A stretch of 26,177 nucleotides of DNA from Candidatus Eiseniibacteriota bacterium (GTDB lineage Bacteria; Eisenbacteria; RBG-16-71-46; CAIMUX01; VGJL01). Below, in pieces: positions 18,454 through 26,177 of the stretch. Positions within the stretch are counted from its first letter, which is position 1. Each line of letters begins with the position of its first letter. Under the pieces are notes generated by a model. It did no database searches and had not been told where the DNA came from. It saw only the letters and a program-made list of their open reading frames with translations. A program made the translations under genes and the position numbers. The stretch is taken from NCBI GenBank assembly GCA_041946735.1, contig JBHGAY010000044.1, forward strand, positions 1-26,177, given 5' to 3'.

Positions 18454-19209
18454 ATGAAGATCGTCATGCTCCTGCTGGCGGCCGCGCTGGCCGTCACCCC
18501 GGCCTCGGCGCTGACTCTCAACGCCGATTCGGCTCCCAACATGCACGGATCGGGCGCTTGGGCGCCCTGGTGGGAACAGGCAAAGGCCGACGTCGTCGCA
18601 GGCACCTTCGTGGACATGCGAACGGGGACCTACCCGGGCACGCACTACTACGATCCCTACGATGAGATCGTCTACAGCACGGGCGACCTCGGGAAGCGGA
18701 TCCACTGGATCTACTGGCTCCCTGGGGAGAGGGTGGAGAACCTCGACAATCGCTTCGAGGTGCGCTGGGTGATCGACTGGGATGGTGAGGACTGGACCGT
18801 CGACGCGAGCGGCAACTGGATCCTGGCCGACGCGGAGGCCGGATGGTCGCAGCCGAGTCCGACGGGTTGGGAGAACTACGATGACGGCGACCACGACGGC
18901 GTCATCGGGTCCCTCGGCTTTGCCTGGTGGGCGACGGACAACGAGGCGCTGCCGTTCACGACCGATCTGAACCCCTACAACGAGGCGAACCAGGACGACA
19001 TCGACGCCCTCCGCCAGACCGTCCTCGGAGCCCAGACTTTTGCCACAGGCGAAGTGCGGTATCGGAGTGGAGATCAGGAGTATGGGGACTGGGAGTATAG
19101 CGATCTCGAGCTTCGGACCGTCCCGGAGCCCGGCTCCCTGATGCTTCTGGGATTCGGCCTCATGAGTTCCGTCGGCATCGCCCGTCTGCGGAGGCGTGCC
19201 CGCAGGTAG
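18454..19209 (+). CDS. PEP-CTERM sorting-domain protein (Trp/Asp-rich)
   Basis: AAGGAGGT RBS and signal peptide MKIVMLLLAAALAVTPASA. The C-terminus is VPEPGSLMLLGFGL...RLRRRARR. Confidence 0.92.
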   Translation: MKIVMLLLAAALAVTPASALTLNADSAPNMHGSGAWAPWWEQAKADVVAGTFVDMRTGTYPGTHYYDPYDEIVYSTGDLGKRIHWIYWLPGERVENLDNRFEVRWVIDWDGEDWTVDASGNWILADAEAGWSQPSPTGWENYDDGDHDGVIGSLGFAWWATDNEALPFTTDLNPYNEANQDDIDALRQTVLGAQTFATGEVRYRSGDQEYGDWEYSDLELRTVPEPGSLMLLGFGLMSSVGIARLRRRARR

Positions 19210-19244
19210 CAGGTCGGACCGGAAACCAATCGCCTAAAGAGGGA

Positions 19245-19278
19245 CGGGGCGCGCCGACACTATCCTCGGCGCGCCCCG
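19245..19278. terminator. Stem-loop between convergent genes; probable terminator
   Basis: CGGGGCGCGCCGA-N8-TCGGCGCGCCCCG, a perfect 13-bp stem. It is followed by TCCCTCTTT on the minus strand (weak U-tract). Confidence 0.6.
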
Positions 19279-19315
19279 CGTCTCTACGCAGCGGAGGTGA
19301 GCCCGCCTGACCGCC

Positions 19316-20563
19316 CTACTGCCCGTACATCTCGATGATCTCCTTCTTCCCCTTGCCGAGGATCCCGTACTTCGCGCCGACCTTCTTGAATGCCTCGAGC
19401 GCGCGGTCGAGATGCTCGATCTCGTGCGCCGCAGAGAGCTGCGTGCGGATGCGCGCCTGCCCCTTCGGCACGACCGGGAAGAAGAAGCCGATGACATAGA
19501 TCCCCTCGGCGTAGACGTCGCGCGCGACGTCGGCGGCGAGCTTGGCGTTGTAGAGCATGATCGGGACGATCGGCGAATCGCCGTCCTTGATGTCGAGGCC
19601 GATCTCCTTCACGCCCTTCCGCCAATAGTTCGTGTTGCGCTCGAGCTTGTCGCGCCGCTCGGTCGTGCTCGAGATGAGGTCGATCACCTTGATCGCGGCG
19701 CTCACGATGACCGGCGGCATCGTGTTGGAGAACAGGTAGGGACGCGCCCGCTGCCGGCACAGCTCGACGATCTCGCGCCGCCCGCTGACGCAGCCGCCCG
19801 ACGCGCCGCCGAGGCCCTTGCCGAGGGTCGTCGTGATCGCGTCGATCCGCCCGACGACGCCGCAATGCTCGTGCGTCCCACGGCCGGTCTTTCCCATGAA
19901 ACCGCTCGCGTGCGAATCGTCGACCATCACCATCGCGTCGTACTTCTCCGCGAGGTCGCAGATCACGTCGAGCTTCGCGACGTCGCCGTCCATCGAGAAC
20001 ACACCGTCGGTGATGATCATGCGAAGCCGCGCATCCTGGGTGAGCTGGAGCTTTTCCTCGAGATGCGCCATGTCGGAGTGCTTGTACGTCTCCTGGCGCG
20101 CCTTGCACAGGCGCATCCCGTCGACGATCGAGGCGTGGACGAGACGGTCGGCGATCATCACGTCCTCTTCGCCCAGCACCGCCTCGAAGAGGCCGCCGTT
20201 GGCGTCCATGCAGGACGGGAAGAGGATCGTGTCCTCAGTGCCGAGGAAGGCGGTGAGCTTGTCCTCGAGCGTGCGATGGATGTCCTGCGTCCCGCAGATG
20301 AAGCGGACGGACGACATCCCGTAGCCGCGCTCCTCCAAGCCGGCGTGCGCCGCCTTGACGACGTCGGGGTGGCTCGAGAGGCCGAGGTAATTGTTCGCGC
20401 ACAGATTGATGACCCGCTTCAGGCTTGCGCCCTCGGGGAACTCGACCTCGATCCACGCGTCCTGGGGAGAGTGGATGAACCGCTCTTCCTTCAGAAGCCC
20501 CTGCTCCTTGATCCCGCCCAGGATCGACTGGTAGTGATCCCGAGCCTTCTGGCTGTAGCCCAT
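19316..20563 (-). CDS. kbl: Glycine C-acetyltransferase (2-amino-3-ketobutyrate CoA ligase), PLP alpha-oxoamine synthase
   Basis: Motifs [48 protein letters not shown] (PLP Lys), RARPYLFSN and [11 protein letters not shown]. Confidence 0.88.
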   Translation of the reverse strand: MGYSQKARDHYQSILGGIKEQGLLKEERFIHSPQDAWIEVEFPEGASLKRVINLCANNYLGLSSHPDVVKAAHAGLEERGYGMSSVRFICGTQDIHRTLEDKLTAFLGTEDTILFPSCMDANGGLFEAVLGEEDVMIADRLVHASIVDGMRLCKARQETYKHSDMAHLEEKLQLTQDARLRMIITDGVFSMDGDVAKLDVICDLAEKYDAMVMVDDSHASGFMGKTGRGTHEHCGVVGRIDAITTTLGKGLGGASGGCVSGRREIVELCRQRARPYLFSNTMPPVIVSAAIKVIDLISSTTERRDKLERNTNYWRKGVKEIGLDIKDGDSPIVPIMLYNAKLAADVARDVYAEGIYVIGFFFPVVPKGQARIRTQLSAAHEIEHLDRALEAFKKVGAKYGILGKGKKEIIEMYGQ

Positions 20564-20573
20564 CCTCGTCCCC

Positions 20574-20825
20574 CTATCCCTTCGTGAACTCCCGCACCAG
20601 CTTCGCGATCTTGTTGACCGAGTCGAACGCTTCCGGAGTCGCCTTCGCGTCCGGGATCGAAATCGAGTACTTCCTCTCGAGGAAGGTCTTCAGCGAGACC
20701 ATCGAGAAGGAGTCGACGATGCCGCTCGAGATGAGCGGTGTGTCGAGATCGACCTCGGTGTCGTCGTCGTCGTCCAGGTACTCCTTCTTCACGTAGTCCA
20801 GGATCGTCTTCTCCATCTCTTCCAT
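20574..20825 (-). CDS. Acyl carrier protein
   Basis: 83-aa acidic protein with the GIVDSFSMV phosphopantetheine-attachment motif and a GGAGG RBS. Confidence 0.9.
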   Translation of the reverse strand: MEEMEKTILDYVKKEYLDDDDDTEVDLDTPLISSGIVDSFSMVSLKTFLERKYSISIPDAKATPEAFDSVNKIAKLVREFTKG

Positions 20826-20901
20826 CGGGTCCTCCGTCCTTTCCTGCGTTCCTGTCGTTCGGTCTCGGACCGTTCGCCCTTCTATTCCAGCCGTCGAGTC
20901 G

Positions 20902-22605
<1,704 letters not shown>

Positions 22606-23043
22606 GAACCACCCTCCCTCACCGCGTCGGGTTGCCCCGGTGATCCCCTGGCTGGGCGCCGAGGGGGTGGCCGGGGGCCGGCAGAGACCGCCGATCGGTA
22701 CTGCCGGCCATCAACTTCGCTATCCGATCAGAATGCGACGAACGCTGCGGACGCTGAGGGAAGAGAGATGCGAGGTGACCCGGGGCGCGTCCCCGAGCCG
22801 CAGGATCCCACCGCCTTCCTCACCCCAAGTCCACCCGGATCCGATACCGCTGCAGCCTGCCCGGGGCGCGGTGTGGCCCGCGCGCGCCGGTCGCTGCGCC
22901 AAGTCTGGAAACGGCAAGCAGCACGAGGATAGGAAACGGCAGGGGGATCGTCAACGGCGAGGGAGCGGTGCCGCTGTAAGGAGCGGCGGGGGAGCGGCTG
23001 GGGCGGCCGGGGTGCGGCGGCGTCGGTGTCTCCCGGCCAGCGC

Positions 23044-23095
23044 GGCTGCTCGGCTGGTGGAGCTAGCTCGGCTGGCGAGGCTGCTCAGCTGGCGG
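23044..23095. repeat. 3 x 17-18-nt imperfect tandem repeat
   Basis: GGCTGCTCGGCTGGTGG / AGCTAGCTCGGCTGGCGA / GGCTGCTCAGCTGGCGG. Confidence 0.6.
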
Positions 23096-23277
23096 CCCAG
23101 CCGCCAACGCAGCGCCGAAGGTCGTACGCACGGGCTAGGCTCGCGGGCTCCAGCTCTGTTCGCCGTAGCGGGCGACTTTTCGGCGTAACTTGCGCGAGGC
23201 GTTTCATGCTCTGATCTTGGGGCGGCGCTCCGGTGTCCACCGGACGCGCGAGCGTCACGACCAGGGAGGAGGCGACC

Positions 23278-23406
23278 GTGAGCAAGCTGCTGCGTGGTCT
23301 GGTTGCCGGCTACGGGGCCAAGAAGCTCGGTGGGGGCTGTCTCACGACGATCATCATTTTCTTCGTCTTGTGGTGGCTGCTGGGGCACTTCGGGATCTTC
23401 AGGTAG
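23278..23406 (+). CDS. 42-aa single-pass membrane microprotein (not in ORF track)
   Basis: GGAGGAGG RBS before GTG 23278. Translation: MSKLLRGLVAGYGAKKLGGGCLTTIIIFFVLWWLLGHFGIFR. Confidence 0.75.
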   Translation: MSKLLRGLVAGYGAKKLGGGCLTTIIIFFVLWWLLGHFGIFR

Positions 23407-23470
23407 GCGAGCGAGGCGGGCGGGCCGCTCGGTAGACAGGTAGGCGGAGGGTGGCGGCTTCCAATAAAGC

Positions 23471-23500
23471 GGGTCCTGAGGGGCACTCCCCTCAGGACCC
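23471..23500 (-). terminator. Intrinsic terminator-like hairpin after the PEP-CTERM pair
   Basis: GGGTCCTGAGGGG-CACT-CCCCTCAGGACCC, a perfect 13-bp stem. It is followed by GCTTTATT on the minus strand and lies between convergent genes. Confidence 0.75.
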
Positions 23501-23527
23501 AAAAAGCGGATCTGTCAGGCTGGCACG

Positions 23528-24091
23528 TCACTGCTTCGAATCTGGGGGTGCCTTCTTGCGTTTGGCGGCCAGGCTCGACGCCGCCAGTCCAGCGCTAATC
23601 AGTACCACTGTCAGAGGCTCAGGGGCTGCACCGGGATCCTCCGCATCCGGCTTGAAGTTGTCAGGAACGATCAGCCAGACGCACTTCTCACCGCTCCACG
23701 TTGCCCGCGCGCTCTCCACCAACTCGTTGCCTGCAAACGCCGTGAGATAGAAGTCCACGGGTGCCGACGGCGTCTCTTTGAATAGGAGATCAAATGCCAC
23801 CCCGGTCCCCGGTTTGGATGTGTAGCTCACAGCGCCTGTTGCCCGCTCCCAAAGGACGCTCCAACCTCCATCGCTGAAGTTGGAGAATACCGGCGACTCG
23901 AACTGTGAGCCCGCAATCCAGTCCACGCGAACGTGATCGAGCTCCCCGAGCTTCCCTTGTACGAACGTCTGACTCCAGCAGCCATCCAGCGCAACGGGAT
24001 CCCCGAGGACGCAGAAGGCGGATGCCGGCTGAGCGGCTAACGCTAGCCAGACCGTCGAGAGAACGATCGCGAGTGTCGTGAGTTTCATCAT
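23528..24091 (-). CDS. PEP-CTERM protein, paralog of 24132-24668
   Basis: Signal peptide ending PASA. The C-terminus is APEPLTVVLISAGLAASSLAAKRKK. Confidence 0.88.
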   Translation of the reverse strand: MMKLTTLAIVLSTVWLALAAQPASAFCVLGDPVALDGCWSQTFVQGKLGELDHVRVDWIAGSQFESPVFSNFSDGGWSVLWERATGAVSYTSKPGTGVAFDLLFKETPSAPVDFYLTAFAGNELVESARATWSGEKCVWLIVPDNFKPDAEDPGAAPEPLTVVLISAGLAASSLAAKRKKAPPDSKQ

Positions 24092-24131
24092 GTCTCCGCG
24101 CTCTACACCCAGACCACGTCTATCGAAGCGT

Positions 24132-24668
24132 CTACGAGCTTCGCCTTCTCCTCTGCAGCAGAGCCGAGCCGGCGAGCCCGGACGCGATGAGGACCACCGT
24201 GAGAGGCTCGGGGACTACACCTGGATCTTCCCTCGGATTGTCGGGCTTCCAGGTTGAAGAGCTGATGATCCAGGATGCCCCATTGTACTTCGCGCTCGCT
24301 GTTTCACGCCAAGTGTCACCCAGCCACGCAGAGAAGTAGAACTCGGGCTGGTCGGCAGGATTGCCTTGGAATTTCAGGTAGAAAGTCATGTCCGACGTAG
24401 TTTGGATACTCGCCTCGGCTGCGGCCCAAAGTGGGCCTTCCCAAGCGAGGGACCATCCACCAACAGAAAAAGCACTAAATGCGGGAGACTCGAACCGCCC
24501 CCCACTTATCCAGTCAACCCTCATGAAATCGTACGAACCCACTCCGTACTCGCGGAACGCTTGGCTCCAACTGTTGCCTTCGATCGGACCACCGAGGGGA
24601 GTGAACGCCTGGGCGTGCGGGACGCAGGCGATAAGTCCCACGAGGAGAAGAAGCAGGACCGCTTTCAT
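24132..24668 (-). CDS. PEP-CTERM protein
   Basis: AGGAGG RBS before ATG 24668 (MKAVLLLLL) and a signal peptide ending AQA. The C-terminus is VPEPLTVVLIASGLAGSALLQRRRR. Confidence 0.92.
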   Translation of the reverse strand: MKAVLLLLLVGLIACVPHAQAFTPLGGPIEGNSWSQAFREYGVGSYDFMRVDWISGGRFESPAFSAFSVGGWSLAWEGPLWAAAEASIQTTSDMTFYLKFQGNPADQPEFYFSAWLGDTWRETASAKYNGASWIISSSTWKPDNPREDPGVVPEPLTVVLIASGLAGSALLQRRRRSS

Positions 24669-24721
24669 AGGTACCTCCTGTGCGCAACGCGTGTTGCCCG
24701 TGCTCGGGCAAGGCAGAGCAG

Positions 24722-24737
24722 AGCGCCTTCCGTGCCA
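24722..24737 (-). promoter_or_regulatory. sigma-54 (-24/-12) promoter
   Basis: The minus strand reads TGGCACGGAAGGCGCT, with GG-N10-GC spacing. Confidence 0.65.
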
Positions 24738-24986
24738 GTGGTCGGGCACCACGCCGATACGAGTTAAGCCTTTTACGGCAGACTGTTAGGGGGGAGCGCC
24801 GCGTAGCCGATCCTCTGAGTTGAATGCCCCGCCCGAAAATGTCGCCTCAACCTTTCGGACCTAACGTCTGGCGATCAATCGACGCATGGGATGGGACAAT
24901 AGTGGGAGACTGTGAGGGACCAAAGAACGAGGGCGGTCTCGGCGACCGCCCTCCAACCGCGAGCATTCCCGCTGAATGGGTGACGA

Positions 24987-25682
24987 TCAGCTCTTGCGGC
25001 GCCGACGACTCGCAAGTCCTCCGCCGAGCAGTCCAAGCGCGGTCAGGATGAGAGTGGCCGGTTCCGGAGTATGGCCAAGGAGATCTTGGCCGTCATGGTA
25101 GTACGCGCCAACTCCTTGCCCTGTCGTGTCCAAGTAGCCTGCGGCCATCGTCTGGATGCCCGCGTTCGTGCCAGTATTGACCCAGAAGTCCCCATTCTGG
25201 AAGTCGAACGCATACCCAGGCCCGCCGTCGTAAAGAGCCTCCCAGATGGCCAGTTGAAGGGCCGCCCTCTCGCTCTTGAACGACGTGTAGTCCGTCGCAT
25301 AGAAGCCGGCAGCATAGGTGTTGTAGAGCTGAGAAGCCCACCGTAGCCCGAATTCGGATGCGTAACCCTGAGCGTCGAGCGGTGGAATCGGCGACTCGAA
25401 CGTTCCGTAGACCGTCCAGGTTCGCCACCCATCCGCGTGATAGCTAAGGATGTCGACGCAATAGAAGTCATCGATCCGGTACGTAGCATCTGGGTCGCTG
25501 AACATCTTCATCGCGCCCCAGTAAACGTTTCCCTTGTCGACGCCACCAAGGAACACGTTCCCAGTCGCGCCAGCGTAACCGGTGTCGAACCAAGCGTAAA
25601 GGTTCTCCGTCCAGAAGGCTCCGGACGTAGAGGGGAGAAGGAGCAGGGCTCCGAGTAGAATCGCAACCAACTTGCCTCGCAT
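24987..25682 (-). CDS. PEP-CTERM protein with thioester-domain (TED/TQXA)-like motifs
   Basis: GGAGG RBS before ATG 25682 and a signal peptide. Motifs FYCVDI, ALQLAIWE and GQDLL, then TPEPATLILTALGLLGGGLASRRRRKS. Confidence 0.88.
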   Translation of the reverse strand: MRGKLVAILLGALLLLPSTSGAFWTENLYAWFDTGYAGATGNVFLGGVDKGNVYWGAMKMFSDPDATYRIDDFYCVDILSYHADGWRTWTVYGTFESPIPPLDAQGYASEFGLRWASQLYNTYAAGFYATDYTSFKSERAALQLAIWEALYDGGPGYAFDFQNGDFWVNTGTNAGIQTMAAGYLDTTGQGVGAYYHDGQDLLGHTPEPATLILTALGLLGGGLASRRRRKS

Positions 25683-25751
25683 GGCACAACCTCCGTAGAT
25701 CTTCCCATCAGCGGGACGTCTGCACCCTTTTCGGGTCACCGCTCTCGGGTG

Positions 25752-25767
25752 GGCAAGAGCCATGCCA
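25752..25767 (-). promoter_or_regulatory. sigma-54 (-24/-12) promoter
   Basis: The minus strand reads TGGCATGGCTCTTGCC, close to the consensus TGGCACG-N4-TTGC. Confidence 0.78.
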
Positions 25768-26066
25768 CCAGATGCCGACCTGAGTGCAACTCGCAAGTCG
25801 CTTATTCAGCTGCAAATAGGCGGGCGTTCGGAATCGCGAGGCCACCCCTCGCGAGGATGCCGAAGAAGCTGTAAGCCATGCCTGACGCGACTATGCCGGG
25901 CGAGCCTCGGCGGGTCTCGCCCGAGACTGGGAAGCCCTGAAGGCCTGTCCGACGAAACCCAATATCAGGCTGCGTTAGTCAAGTCGTTCCGGAGGACACT
26001 CTGGCATCCAGGGTCACGTCACCTCCTCTTTCTGTTCCTACCTGGGCAGGCCCTCCCCAGCAGCCC

Positions 26067-26081
26067 TGGCACGCCGCTTCT
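26067..26081 (+). promoter_or_regulatory. Possible variant sigma-54 promoter for a gene starting at the window edge
   Basis: TGGCACGCCGCTTCT has a perfect -24 element and TTCT at -12. A GGAGGGAG RBS and in-frame ATGs at 26162 and 26171 follow. Confidence 0.35.
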
Positions 26082-26177
26082 CCAAGGCCAACGCCCGAGC
26101 CGGGACGAAGAAGACACCGTGAACCGCCCCGGGATTCCCGGAGGCTCCATTTGGAGGGAGAATGGGAGCCATGGGAA

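Noticed and set aside
19316..20563. Calling the PLP enzyme serine palmitoyltransferase (spt)
   Set aside because: Its motifs ([30 protein letters not shown]) are Kbl-type, and the partner ligase looks specific for short chains.
23044..23095. CRISPR array
   Set aside because: The repeats are short and adjacent with no spacers, and there are no cas genes in the window.
23521..23535. TGGCACGTCACTGCT as a sigma-54 promoter
   Set aside because: The GG-GC spacing is 9 rather than 10, and it points antisense into the end of a gene.
25690..25750. c-di-GMP (GEMM) riboswitch in a PEP-CTERM leader (ACCC-GAAAA-GGGT hairpin)
   Set aside because: The conserved GGCAAA/GCAAAGC elements and the second stem are missing, leaving only a small hairpin.
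26162..26177. CDS starting at the window end
   Set aside because: Only an RBS and five codons are visible, too little to call a product.

Overview
This is a very GC-rich bacterial chromosomal window, probably from a diderm organism since it carries PEP-CTERM proteins; the taxon cannot be determined from the sequence. Left part: a partial MFS transporter, then a minus-strand three-gene run (GNAT/bCerS-like, extended SDR/CerR-like, Aur1-like PAP2) that looks like a ceramide-to-phosphosphingolipid module. Next come a DinB-like protein, a 944-aa long-form GreA and a HAD phosphatase. A CxxU Rdx-family selenoprotein missed by the ORF track lies next to pspC, with a SECIS-like hairpin. Middle part: an exported protein, an EEP hydrolase, a transglutaminase-like protein, a polytopic membrane protein and a SNF2-SWIM pair. 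Right part: an acyl-CoA synthetase-ACP-Kbl operon, an unannotated 42-aa membrane microprotein and four PEP-CTERM genes. Three of the PEP-CTERM genes have sigma-54 promoter matches, two are tandem paralogs, and one has Cys-Gln thioester-domain motifs. No rRNA, tRNA, CRISPR array or mobile element was recognised. All family calls come from motif recognition by eye, not from database searches.
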